Shown in pieces: positions 1 to 12,563 of a DNA stretch of 64,000 bases; position 1 is the first letter of the stretch; the number at the start of each line of letters is the position of its first letter. This stretch comes from Centroscyllium fabricii (taxonomy: Eukaryota): positions 496,434,001-496,498,000 of the forward strand of contig JBNRSN020000001.1 in NCBI GenBank assembly GCA_051313645.2, in the 5' to 3' direction. Position numbers and translations under genes: made by a program. The notes under the pieces are model-generated. The model worked only from the letters and a program-made list of their open reading frames with translations. It searched no databases and had not been told where the DNA came from.

Positions 1-652
1 GCACAACCTGTATCTGGTTGATATCCAGGGCCAGATTGTTCGCAGGAACCGCAGGCACCTCGCACTTACACAGCAGCCCCCAGACGCTAATGAGCCTTCC
101 ATTCCTGATGACTACAATGGGGATGTGGGTCCTGGAACTCCCCCACCCACAGGGGATACCCCACCTCCATCGGGTTCCAGACGATACCCTGAAAGGGTCC
201 GCAAGCCTCCTTCATACCTCCAGAACTTTGAAACATCAATAGCTTAAGAACCAAGACACCTCATTGGGTCAGAATAATACCCGAGGTACTTGGTGGAGGG
301 TTCAGGCAGTCGCCTTGTCCCTCCAAGCTTACTCTGCTTGCATTATTTGTTTTTTAAACAAAAAAGGAAAGAGAGATGCATTAGAGATGTTATATTTGTG
401 AGAGTTGTGATGTTTGTTAGAGTTTGTTATTTCTTAAGCACTGTAAAAAAAAGTAATGATTTGAAAATATTAACAGTAAAGTAATAGTTTTCAAAGTATG
501 TTTAGAAAGGGAGATGTAGTGATAGTTACCCTCTGCCCAGTAGGGGGCAACAGAGAGTTAACAGGAAGTGAAACCAGATTAAATAGGGCCTCGAGCAATG
601 GCTGAACACACACACCATCCTGTCTCTGTCTCAATGTGTTGAACACGCTACA
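1..652 (+). mobile_element. 3' end of a Gypsy (Mag-like) LTR retrotransposon: integrase C-terminus, PPT and short 3' LTR (515-652)
   Basis: Frame from nt 2 reads YLVDIQGQIVRRNRRHL (RRNRRHL integrase-tail motif). Purine tract AGAAAGGGAGA at 504-514 is followed by an LTR with inverted ends TGTAG...CTACA. Confidence 0.7.
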
Positions 653-920
653 GGAAGGAAATCTGCCGTCCTTACCTGGTCTGGCCTACATGTGACTCCA
701 GACCCACAGCAATGTGGTTGACTCTTAATGCCCTCTGAAATGGCCTAGCAAGCCACTCAGTTGTAAACAACCGCTACGCGACATTGTGGGTGTACCTACA
801 ATGTTGCAGTGGTTCAAGAAGACGGCTCACCACCATCTTCTCAAGGGCAATTAGGGATGGGCACAAAATGCAGGTCTAGCCAGCCAGCGACGCCCACATC
901 CCATCAACGAATAAAAGAAA
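653..920 (+). mobile_element. 5'-truncated shark-type SINE body and tail
   Basis: GGAAGGAAATCTGCCGTCCTTACCTGG...CTTCTCAAGGGCAATTAGGGATGGG followed by an A-rich end. Degenerate relatives occur at ~38885-39250 and ~17755-17910. Confidence 0.65.
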
Positions 921-1012
921 ATATGTCCAAGTCAGAATGCTGTGTAACTTGGAGGGGAACTTGGAGGTGATGGTATTCCCATTGTATTGCAGTACTTGTC
1001 CTTCTCAGTGGT

Positions 1013-1274
1013 GTGGCCTCACTATTTGGCGGTCTATATACCACTCCCACCAACGTTTTCCGCCCCTTGCTATTCCTCAGTTCTACCCATACAGATTCCG
1101 CATCATCTGAGTTAATATCTGTCCTTTCAATTCAGTTAATCCCCTCCTTCACCAGTAATGCCACCCCACCTCCATTCTTTTTTGCCTATCCTTCCTAAAT
1201 ATTGTATACCCTGGGATGTTACGTTCCCAGCCTTGTCCACCCTACAGCCATGTTTCTGTAATCCCAACCAGATC
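1013..1274 (-). mobile_element. CR1 LINE ORF2 endonuclease fragment
   Basis: Minus strand reads DLVGITETWL...GGGVALLVKE...VVYRPPNS, homologous to the CR1 endonuclease at 21996-22790. Confidence 0.85.
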
Positions 1275-4200
1275 CTGCCAACGGGACACTGGGAGGCCTC
1301 TGGACTTCAGGGCCAGGCTGACCGCCTTCCAGATGATCCCGTTCTCCCTTTCTACCTGGCCGTTCCCCCGGGGGTTGTAACTGGTCGTTCTGCTTGAGGC
1401 AACCCCTTTCTGAAGCAGAAACTGACGCAGTTCGTCGCTCATGAACGACGACCCCCGGTCGCTATGGATGTAGCTGGGGAGACCGAAAATGGCGAACAGC
1501 GTGGTGAAGTGTCTTATCACCGTTGCACTCGTCATATCTGGGCAGGGGAAGGCGAAGGGGAAGCGGGAGAACTCGTCCACGACCGTGAGGAAGTATGAGT
1601 TGCGGTCGGTGGAGGGGAGGGGGCCTTTGAAGTCCACGCTCAGACGTTCAAAGGGGCGGGTGGCCTTGATGAGGTGTGCCGTGTCTGGCCTGTAAAATTG
1701 GGGTTTGCACTCGGCGCAAACAGGGCACTCTCGGGTCATAGCCTTGATCTCCGTGATGGAATAGGGGAGGCTAAGAGATTTAACGAAATGGGCAAGTCTG
1801 GTGATACCCGGTTGGCAGAGGCGATCGTGGAGTTCCTTCAGCCGGTCCAGCTGGGCACTGGCGCACGTTCCCCTGGACAGTGCGTCCGGGGGTTCGTTGA
1901 GTTTGCCTGGTCGGTGAAGAATGTCGTACTCGTAAGTCGAGAGTTCGATCCGCCACCGCAGGATCTTATCATTCTTGATTTTACCCTTTTGTTTATTGTT
2001 AAACATAAACGCGACCGACCGTTGGTCGGTGAGCAGGGTAAAACGCTTACCGGCCAGGTAATGCCGCCAGTAGCGCACGGCCTCCACGATGGCCTGGGCC
2101 TCCTTTTCCACTGCAGTGTGGCGAGTTTCGGGTCCCTGTAGGGTGCTGGAGAAAAACTCTACGGGCCTGCCTGCCTGATACAGGGTGGCGGCAAGGGCAA
2201 AGTCCGAAGCGTCACTCTCCACCTGGAAAGGGCTGGACTCATCAACGGCGTGCATGGTCGCCTTGATAATATCTTCCTTAATCAGGGCGAACGCCTTTTG
2301 CGCTTCTACCAAGAGGGGGAAGACGTCAGCCTTGAGGAGCGGTCTGGCCTTATCCGCGAACTGGGGAACCCATTGCGCGTAATAGGAGAAAAATCCCAGA
2401 GATCTCCTCAGGGCTTTGGGGTTGTGAGGTAGGGGCAGTTCCTGTAAGGGACGCATACGCTGTGGGTCGGGACCGAGGACCCCGTTTTCCACCTCGTATC
2501 CGAGGATGGCGAGCCGATCTGTACTAAAGACACACTTGTCTTTATTGTAAGTGAGATCGAGCCGTTTCGCCGTGTGGAGGAATTTGGCCAGGTTGGCATC
2601 GTGGTCCTGCTGGTCATGGCCGCAGATGGTCACGTTGTCCAGGTAGGGGAAGGTGGCCTGCAACCCGTTCTGGTCAACCATGCGGTCCATCTCCCTCTGG
2701 AATACCGACACTCCGTTGGTCACGCCGAAGGGGACCCGGAGGAAGTGTTAGAGCCGACCGTTCGCCTCGAAGGCGGTGTACTGGCGGTCGGCTTTCCGGA
2801 TCGGGAGTTGGTGATACACCGACTTAAGGTTGATTGTTGAGAAAACCTTATACTGGGCGATCTGGTTAACCATGTCCGAGATGCGGGGAAGGGGGTAGGC
2901 ATCGAGCCCGGTGTAGCGGTTAATGGTCTGGCTGTAATCGATCACCATCCGCAGTTTCTCGCCAGTCTTAACCACTACAACCTGGGCCCGCCAGGGGCTG
3001 GTGCTGGCCTCAATTATCCCCATCTGCAGCATACGCCCGACTTCCGACCTGATAAATGCCCGGTCCCCCGCACTGTAACGCCGACTCTTGGTAGCAATGG
3101 GTTTGCAGTTGGGGTCGAGGTTGGCGAACAGTGATGGGGGGTCGACTTTCAGTGTGGATAGGCCGCAAGTCGGGCTCTGCTTTAGGAAGGGATTGTCCCG
3201 GCTACTGACGGCGAGGGGGGCCAGGGTCCCGCCGAACTCCATTGTCACGTTCTTCAGGTGGCACTGGAAATCTAGTCCCAGTAAGACTGGGGCACACAAC
3301 TGCTGGAGGATATACAGTTTAAAATTCCGGTACACACAGTCCCTGACCGTGAGCGTGACGGAGCAGTAGCCGGTGACGTCCGCCGTGTGGGACTTTGAAG
3401 CAAGGGAGATTTGGTAGTGCGTGGGCAGGGTCCGCAGTGCGTAGCGCCGCACTGTGTCGGGTGAATGAAGCTCTCTCTGCTTCCGGTGTCAAACAGGCAG
3501 TTTGTGATGTGGCCGTTAACTTTAATCCCCATCATGGAATTTGATAGGGTGTGCGGCCTAGCCTGGTCGACAATGGCTGAGGCCGAAGTGTGCGTGGGTG
3601 TGTGGGGGCCTTCCGCTAGCTGGGGCCGTGCACAAGATGGTGGCGCCCGTGGTTCGCACGCGGTCGACCGCGGTGGACAAGATGGCGGTGCCGGAGGGTC
3701 GCACATGGCTGGTCGTTGAAGACAAGATGGCGGCGCCGGGGAGTCGCACATGGCTGGCCGCTGAAGACAAGATGGCGGCGCCGGGGAGTCGCACATGGCT
3801 GGCCGCTGAAGACAAGATGGCGGCGCCCGTGATTCGCACGCGGTGGACGCGATGGCGGTGCCCGTGGTTCGCACGCGGCGGACCGCGGTGGCCGAGTTGG
3901 CGGCGCCCGTGATTCGCATGCAGCGGACCGCGCTGGGCGGGGTGCCGGCGTTGGGGGGTTGCCGATGGCCGGCCGCGGCCGTCTTTGGCGTGGCGGTGCC
4001 CGTGATGTGTGCGCGGCCGGCCTCTGCCGTATAGGGGTGGGAGACGGGGGCGTCTGTGATCTACCCCCGGACCGCTGCTGGGTCGCGCTGCAACAGCAGC
4101 TTACCTTAGGCCATGGGATGACGTTGGAGCTCTCGCAGGCCGCGCTGTTGTGTCTGGAGCTGGACGCTGGGGCCGATTTGCAGGCCCTGGCGTAGTGTCC

Positions 4201-5223
4201 CTTCTTGCCACATTTCTCTCAGGTCGCGGTCCTCACGGGGCATTTCACTCGCGGCTGCTGTCCCTGGGCGCAGAAGTAACATTTTCTGTCAGACGGCGTC
4301 TTCACAGCTGCCGCTGCCATTGTGGGGTTCTCGACCTGTCGTGGGGCCACCCAGGGATCGAGGGTGTCTTGTGGGCCTTGGCCTCTATACGCCTCTTGCC
4401 TGTGGCGTGCTCCATCCACTGCGTTAGAGATGGAGATCGCCTCCTCCAGTGATAAAGTCTCTTTTTCCAGCAACCGCTGGCGGGCCTGGCTGGACCTGAT
4501 TCCCGTCACGTAGGCGTCTCGAACGAGGAGATTCGTCTCCTCCTGCGCCGTTCGTGGCTGGCAGTCACAGGCCCGGGCGAGGGCTTGAAGCGCCAACAGA
4601 TACTGTTCGTTCGACTCACCGAGCCGCTGTTGTCTGGTCGCCAGCACGTGTCTGGCATAGACCGAGTGGACCGGGCGCATGTAGCATGCCTTCAGTTTCT
4701 CCACGGCCTCTGGGTACGTTGTGATGCCGCGAATGAAGGAGTACACCCGGCTGGTGATCCTGGACGAGAGGACGTGTAGTTTGTCCCCGTCGGTCGTCGC
4801 CTTGGCGGCCGCCATGTAGGCCTCAACAAGGCTGAACCAATGTTCAAACGTGTTGGCGGCGTCTGGTTCCTGTGGATTAATATCCAGCTTTTCGGGTTTC
4901 ACAGCGCCACCCTCCATTTCGAAAAATTAAGTGATTAAAATTGACGTATCGTCAATAAGACAAAGATGAGTAGTTACCTTAACTATAGACTTTTAATCAC
5001 TTAAAGATGGAGCTAGTCTCCAGTCGAACATAGAGTACAGAATGAATGGGGGCAGGTCAGACCTCACCTATAAGGCTCTCACCTGAGGGGAGGAGTTAGA
5101 GGTGTGGCTGACCTGACCTTGCGACAGTGTTCTTGTACAATACTATATACAGTGCACCCAGCCACTATACATGCTGGTCAGTGGTGTAACCCAACTATAT
5201 ACAATGGTAATATGATTACCACA
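1275..5223 (-). mobile_element. Gypsy element A (3'-truncated): 5' LTR 4942-5223, gag 4219-4917, PR, RT, RNase H, integrase; inserted in element B
   Basis: LTR TGTGGTAA...CGTCA. Gag with CYFC knuckle, LFDTGS protease, YLDNV RT, ESDASD RNase H, HHCC remnant and DDE integrase. Frameshifted, and fused to the CR1 fragment at ~1274. Confidence 0.95.
3630..3950 (-). repeat. 45-bp tandem repeat in the gag-protease linker of element A (PAPPSCLQRPAMCDS units)
   Basis: CAAGATGG cores at 3633, 3678, 3723, 3768 and 3813 (period 45). Confidence 0.9.
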
Positions 5224-8200
5224 GGTAGTGAACCAGCACATCCGCCGACAGCATCAGTTTCTTGGACTGTTCAAATGAAACCCCCTGCTCCTCTCCCCAC
5301 TGCCACTGTGTCTCCTTGCGCAGTAGTTTGTGAAGAGGTGCTAACACTGTTGACAAATTTGGCAAAAACCTGTTATAATAGTTCAGCAGTCCCAGGTAGG
5401 CCTTTAACTCAGTCACATTTGTAGGATCAGGGGCTTCCTGGAGTGCTTGTACTTTCTCCTTGATTGGGTGGAGCCCGGTGGTATCAACTCTGTGTCCCAA
5501 GAACACTGCCTCCTTCCCCGGGAAGGTGCATTTACTCCTCTTGAGCCGTAACCCTGCATTCTCCAATCTCTGTACTACCTCTCTGAGTGCTCAGATGCTC
5601 CTGGTCAGTTTTTCCCATCACCAGAATGTCATCCAGATAGATAGAAACATGTGGGATCCCTTGCAGTACACCTTCGATTGCCCTCTGGAAGATAGCTGGA
5701 CTAGATGAGACACCAAACGGTAAGCGGTTATATGTAAACAAGCCCTTATGGGTATTTATGGTAACATACTTCTTCGATTCGTCATCCAGTGTAATCTGCA
5801 AATATGCATGACTCAAATCCAACTTCGGGAATTTCTTTCCTCCGGCCAGGTTTGAAAAGAGATCCTCTGTTTTAGGAATTGGATACTGCTCTAGTTTGGA
5901 CACCCGATTGACTGTCAATTTATAATCTCCACAGAGCCTTACTGAATTATCCAGTTTGAGAACAGGTACTATGGGAGCTGCCCATTCTGAACATTTCACT
6001 GGTTCCAGTATGTTCTCTCTCAATAGACGGTCAAGTTCAACCTCTACTTTTGGTTTCATGGCATAAGGCACAGGTCGTTGTTTAAAAAACCTTGGCAGTG
6101 CCTCCTTGTCTGCATAAATCTTAGCTGGGGGGGGCCCTTAAATGTGCCCAGTTGCTCCTTGAACACATTCTCATGTTCACTCAACACTTCTTGCAAGGTC
6201 AACTGTTTGCCTTCATCTATTTGATTTACTGCTCCCCAGTTCAATTTAAGATCTTTTATCCAGCCCCGACCTAACAGGTTTGGTCCGGTACCCGATACTA
6301 TAACTACAGGTAGCTGTTCCACCGTGTCCCTGTGTTGCATCGTTACATTAGCTATTCCAAATGTTGCTACATGTTCACCTGTGTATGTTTTAAGACGCGG
6401 AGAGCAAGACTTTAACTCTGGAATTTTTGTACCGTTACCCAATTTTGAGTACTCTGCCCTGTTCATTACGGTTACCCCACATCCTGTATCAACTTCAAAG
6501 TTCACCTTAGTGTCATTTACTCTCAGTTGCAATTTGATAGGAGCCACTTTTGGGATGTTCTCATTGTCTGCACTGTAGAGATACTATGATTCTATGATTG
6601 TGAACATGTCCTCTTCTTCCTCAGCCTCCCCGCTGATGTGGTGTGCTCCATGTTTTTTCACTTCTCCTCTTAGGTTTTTCTCCACAGGTGATTTTGCCCT
6701 ACATGCTCGTTTTATGTGTCCTTGTTTCCCACACTTGTGGCACTTTTCCTCCCGAAACCTGCATTCACTCGCTAGGTGATCGCCCTTGCTTCTATAACAT
6801 GCCTTTACACGCTCCCATTGTGGTTTCTGACGCATGTTTAACTTGTGCACAATAACCGGACATGTTACTGGCTTAGCTTTAGCCCTGTCTGAACCCTGTA
6901 TTTCTTTTACATCTCGGTTCGTTGTCTCTAAGGCATGAGCAAGTTCCAATGTTTTTTCATATGTAAGCCCAGTCTTGGACAATAATCTACGCTGTATTCG
7001 GTCGTCTATTATACCGCAGACTAGCCTATCTCTCAGCATTTCCTTCAGGTTGTTTCAATAATTGCAATCTTGTGCTAATTTGCACAATGCTGCGACAAAT
7101 GCCATTACACTCTGATGTAATAATAGAGTCTGATACATCAATAACTTAAAGCAAAGCTTTAATCGACTACATTATCACTATGTACAAAGACGGGTTTTAC
7201 CATGCTTCCAGGTGAAGTGTTCCCCCATACTGAGCAGTTCCAGTATTTATACTAATAGAAAACAGGAAGTGACATGTACAGAGTTCACCCCTTAGCCTTC
7301 CCCGGAAGTCTGTTCAATATTACCACATTCTTCCCTCCTGAAAAATTAAAAGGCGGGAATCTTCTTTTTATTCCGGAGTAGCCGAACAAGGAGGAGACGT
7401 ACCCGTTTGAGTTCTCGTTGCTGGGTTGATGGTCCGTCCCTATGGACAATGTCTGGGTCTCTGGACCGTTTACCTGCTGTTGGCCACGGGTCAGAACCTG
7501 CGTGGCCTGGATTACCCTGTGAAGCGTTGGATTGTTCACCCACTAATAGCGTACGAGCTCCAATAGGTGCAGAGCTGGTTTGTCCCTGGTCAGGGGAAGG
7601 CACAGAGCTGGTCTGCGGCCAATTGGCACTTTGGCGTGAGGCACCGGGAGGATCATGACTCCATGTACGAGCCCCCCACAGGCTCACAGTCGGTTGGTGT
7701 CTGGTCAGTGTCCTGGAAAGAGGTACTTGGCGGGTCGTAACATTGAGTGTGAGATTTGACTGGCGCAAAGCTAGTTGGTGTCAGATCCGGGTCCTGGAGA
7801 GTGGTACCCGGTGGGTCCCTGGAGGCCCCTGGTAGGATATTATCCCTTGGCATCCCTCTAGGTCCTGGTGGGCAAGATGCCAGGTCCCGCAATGATACGG
7901 TAGACTCTCGACCGTCGGGATATCGTATGTAGGCATTGGTAGGGTTGGCATCAGTTAGTTCGACCTCATCTACGAGAGGGTCATTTTTAGATGTCCGAAC
8001 GTATCTTCGGAGCAGTACGGGTCCCGGAGTAGTTAGCCATGATGGAATAGATGCCCCATAAGATGAGCGACGCTGGAATCCAAAGAACCGTTCATGAGGT
8101 GTAGTATTTGTGGCTGTAGACAGAAGGGACCGTATAGAGTGTAATGAATCCGGAAGCACTGCTTCCCATTGCTGGATTGGTAGGCTCTGAGATTTTAAAG

Positions 8201-11200
8201 CAAGCCGTACGGAATTCCAGATGATTCCGTTATATCTCTCTACCTGTCCATTCCCGATGGGATGGGATGGCGTCGTTTTGCTTGTCGCAATTCCCCGTTC
8301 TGAGAGGTAGTCCTTCAGTTTGCTTGACATAAAAGATGGACCCCGATCCGAGTGAATGTAGGCCGCCATGCCACAAAGAGAAAATACTTGCTTAAGGCAG
8401 TTGATTACAGTGGATGCCAGCATATTGGAGCAGGGGAAGGCAAACGGAAATCGTGAATATTCATCGATCATTGTGAGCAAACATGTGTTCCGTGTTGAAG
8501 AGGGCAATGGACCCTTGAAGTCGACGCTAAGCCGTTGCATCGGTTGGGTTGCGTGTATGAGCGCACCATCTGGGGGGCGGAAGAACTGAGGTTTCAATTC
8601 TGCACAAGTTCGGCATTCGGAGCACATTTCCTTTATATCTCCAGTAGAAAATGGGAGATTCCATGATCGCACGAAATGTAGCATGCGAGTCACGCCAGAA
8701 TGACACAATCCATCATGGATGTCTATGAGAGTAGACGATGACATAGCAGAGTAGAATGCTCATGTGAGGGTATCCGGGGCCACATTCTCTTTGCCAGGTC
8801 GATAGTGAATGGTGTAACCAAAAGAGGCCAATTCCATCCTCCAAAGCTGTATTTTATTGTTCTTAATTTTAGTTCGCTTTCGATTATCGACCATGAAGGC
8901 GACTGGTCGCTGCTCCGTGATTAATGTAAAGTGCCGGCGAGCTAGGAAATGGTTCCACTTCTGTACTGCCTCTATGATGGCTGTGGCTTCCTTCTCAACC
9001 GGAGGATAATGTATCTCGGCACCTTGTAAGGTCCTAGACATGAATGCTACAGGCCGGCCTTCTTGATTTAGAGTAGCTGAGATCGCCACCTCTGAGGCAT
9101 CACATTCGACTACGAAAGGGAGGTCCTCATTGATGGAGTGAAGAGTTGCTTCTTCCAACTGTTTCTTGAGAAGGTTAAAGGCTGCAACAGCCACTGTTCC
9201 CAACGGAAATGTTCCAGCATTCAGCAAGGGCTGAATTTTATCTGAAAAATTCGGAATCCATTTAGCGTAGTATGCAAACAGACCGAGGGCCCGACGTAAA
9301 GAAGCCGGATTGTTAGGGGGAGGGAGCTCCTGGAGCGGGTGAAGTCTTTCCGGGTCTGGTTTAATGATACCGTTGCCTACGCAGTAGCCAAGAATGTTGA
9401 TGGTCGGTTGCGACTCCACAGATTTGGATTCATTTAAAGTTAAGTTATGGTGCTGGAGAGCATCCCGAAATCTTTGGAGGTTGGCATCATGTTCCTGCTG
9501 GTCGTGGCCTGCAACAGTAATGTTATCAAAAGGTAGGGAAAAGTATCCCCTAAGTTTTCCTGCTCAACGAGGCCATCCATTGCCCGTTGGAAGACAGCCA
9601 CTCCATTAGTGACCCCGAGTGGGAGGCGACGAAATTGATACAGCCATCCATTAGCCTCAAAGGCCGCGTATTTCTTATCTGAGACCCGTAGGGGTACCTG
9701 ATGATAGGCACTCTTTAAATCATAGGTTGAGAACACTTTGTATTCAGCCAGTTTATTAAGCATGTCATCAATGCGTGGCAATGGGTAGGCGTCCAGGTCA
9801 GTATATTGATTGACGGTTTGAGAGTAATCAATGCATAGTCGTTTTTTGTGAGGTTTTAGAGGGTTCTTAACGATGACGATTTCAGCCCACCAGGGCGATG
9901 AACATGGTTCGATGATGTCCTCTGCTAAAATACGAGAGATTTCTGTCTCAATGAAAGACTGATCTTCCTGACTGAAGCGTCGAGATTTGGTTATTATTGG
10001 TTTGCTTTGAGGAGGAATACTGGCGAATAATGAGGGTTCACCAAGTGAGGCTGCTGACAGTGCACAAAATGGTGATTTAGACGGTATATTAGAAATAGTA
10101 AGTCCAGGTTTGGATCCGTCGAACTCAATGATGAGTTTTTTATGCTGTTTTTGAAAATCCAGCCCTAGGATAAGATCACTACATAAGTCCTTGAGCACTG
10201 AGAGTCGAGTGGAGGGATACATGCAGCCATTAAGTGTCATGTCAATAATACAAAAGCCGGAGATTCTGGTATTAAGTGATGACTGAACCATTGCAATTGC
10301 CTGGTCCGATGGGAAGACATGTAGTTTCAATTTCTCAACAATCTGTTTTCTAATGAAACTATCAGTACTTCCTGAGTCAATTAAGGCATCAAAGGTATGC
10401 CCATTAATCGAGACTTTTGTGGCTGCATGAAATAAATTTTGAGGGCAGGCAGCTGTAATTGGTGTGGTTGCACAGAGCGAGGCTGTAATTCTAGGTGTGT
10501 TTCTTCGGGAGGGAGCTCGATAGGTCCTAGCTGGAGCATCTTGATAGGCCCTAATTGGGGCAGCTCGGTAGGCCTTAGCTTGATAGGCCCTCATAGAGGC
10601 TTTTGATTGGCAAACTTTTGCAAAGTGTCCTTTTTTACTGCAATGATTGCAGATTGCATTGCGAGCAGGGCAGAATTTCCTAGGGTGGAAAGAGTCTCCA
10701 CAAAAGAAGCATTTCTTCCTAGATTGCCAAGAGGCTGCTAAAGTGGGGTCATCCTCCTCCTCATCACTAAACTCATCAGGACTAGATATGATAGACCATC
10801 AGGATAGACCATGATAGGGTCCACCTGAGGCCCGTGAATGGTCTGATTGCAGTTGCAGCAGCAGTTCGAGATCTGGGCAGCTGATAGAAGTCTGATTTTT
10901 TTTTTGCCAAGTCCAGAGCACAAGCCAGGTCAAAAGCCTTTGATAGCTCAAGCGTTTTTCTCTCTAGCAGACGCTGCCGTATAAATGGAGAGGCAATCCC
11001 GCAGATGAAAGCATCTCGAATAATTTCTTCGCGGTACACCTCAGCCGAGGCTGCCTTAACATTACAATCTACACTGAGCCTGCGAAGTTCTTGAAGGAAC
11101 TCCTGAATCGATTGCCCTAGCCTTTGGTGGGCCGTGGACAGTAAATGTCTAGCATAGACCTCGTTTGGGGCCTTGGTATATAGTTCTTTCAGTGCTTGGA

Positions 11201-12291
11201 TTACCTCACTATAGTTATCCCATTTATCAACATATTCATATACGTTTGGGGACACATAATTCACAAGTAATCGTAGTTTGGTAGAGGCATTCTCACAACA
11301 TTCTTCAAGAAAATTCTCAAAAGTATGGCACCAATGCTTCCATACCTTGGCAGCTGCTGGTGCATTTGGGTCCAGATCCAGGCGAGTCGGTTTGAGGAGG
11401 CTTTCCATGATGGGTTGGTCCCTGGATCCTCAGTTCCGTGCTGTCCAAAAGTTTTAAGGATTTTGAGCGTGAAGTTTTTAGTGGATTAAATTGATGTACT
11501 AATAGAGTCTGATACATCAATAACTTAAAGCAAAATCCACTACATTATCACTATGTACAAAGACAGGTTTTACCATGCTTCCAGGTGAAGCGTTCCCCCA
11601 TACTGAGCAGTTCCAGTATTTATACTAATAGAAAACAGGAAGTGACATGTACAGAGTTCACCCCTTAGCCTTCCCCTGGAAGTCTGTTCAATATTACCAC
11701 ACACTCTCTTCCTCTTTCCTGTGCCTCGAATTAAACTTGTACCGTTGTACAATTTCACTCGGTTTAGGGTTGAAATGTTCTTTTAATAAGGCCACTAATT
11801 CAACCATTGATTTGTCACCAGGCTTTTCAGGACTGAGAAGATTCTTCAGCAAACGATAGGTCTGGCTTCCTACAGAACTCAATAGAATTGCTTTCCTTTT
11901 TCCAGCATCGTTTATTTAATTTGCCTCAAAGAAATAACCCAACACTTCACAGTATTCCTCCCAGCTTTGAGCTTGCATATCAAAAGTGGAGACCGTTCCT
12001 ACCTTGGTAGCCATGCTCACGTCCAAATTGCAGCAACTTTAGCTCGTGAGTTTGTTATATTTTTTTCTTTTCCAAAAAGTCCTGTTCGACTTTTTTTTCT
12101 TCTTCTGGGTTCTTTGTTTTTATCTCGTCGTCAATGTGGTAGCTCTCACTGCGAAAGCAGGACTCGAAGAGGCATTAGAATAGTAACAAAACAAGAGAGA
12201 TTATTCTGTGTCCCGCCCTTTTATACCCTTTGATCCTCAGCCAGTATACAATAGCTGCAGCACCACCTAGTGGACAACCCCAATCATAACA
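5224..12291 (-). mobile_element. Gypsy element B (Mag/K02A2.6-like), decayed; interrupted by C and cut at its 3' side by A; 5' LTR ~12135-12291
   Basis: Gag split between 11702-12015 and 6584-7112 (CCHC knuckle CHKCGKQGHIKRAC). Protease VDTGC at 6056-6547; RT YLDD at 5532-6071. PBS TGACGACGAG resembles TGGCGACGAG (tRNA-Ser type). Confidence 0.9.
7113..11701 (-). mobile_element. Full-length Gypsy element C nested in the gag of B; LTRs 7113-7327 and 11492-11701
   Basis: Paired LTRs and 5-bp TSD CACTC (7108-7112 / 11702-11706). Gag 10782-11408, PR-RT 9440-10594 (IDSGS), RNase H 8760-9419, integrase 7653-8744. PPT GGGAGGGGAAGAA-like. Confidence 0.95.
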
Positions 12292-12563
12292 CCCCAGGTT
12301 ACTAGACGAATGTTCAGGCTGCAGGTGTGGACAGTATTCAGGCCAAATCTGTACAGATGAGGTGAGGGGAGCAGTTGTGTTGTTGGAGAATAGTGATGAA
12401 AACAACCTTCTTGGCTTGAAACTGGTGAATAGAATTCTATTTGAGACTAACATGCCTAGTGGTATTCTAAATCATAGTTGTGGTTCCTGTTCACATAGGG
12501 GCCTCATTAAGCCTGAAAACTACTGAGGAATCTCACCAAGAGCAGTAGATCTTTATATAGTGT

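Noticed and set aside
3630-3950. Regularly spaced repeats resembling a CRISPR array (also 34860-35130 and 59010-59330)
   Set aside because: The spacers are themselves repeated, the array lies in a retrotransposon ORF, there are no cas genes and the context is eukaryotic.
7328-7700. Possible env or extra ORF between integrase and the 3' LTR
   Set aside because: Short low-complexity tail with no signal peptide or transmembrane segment; there is no room for env in any element here.
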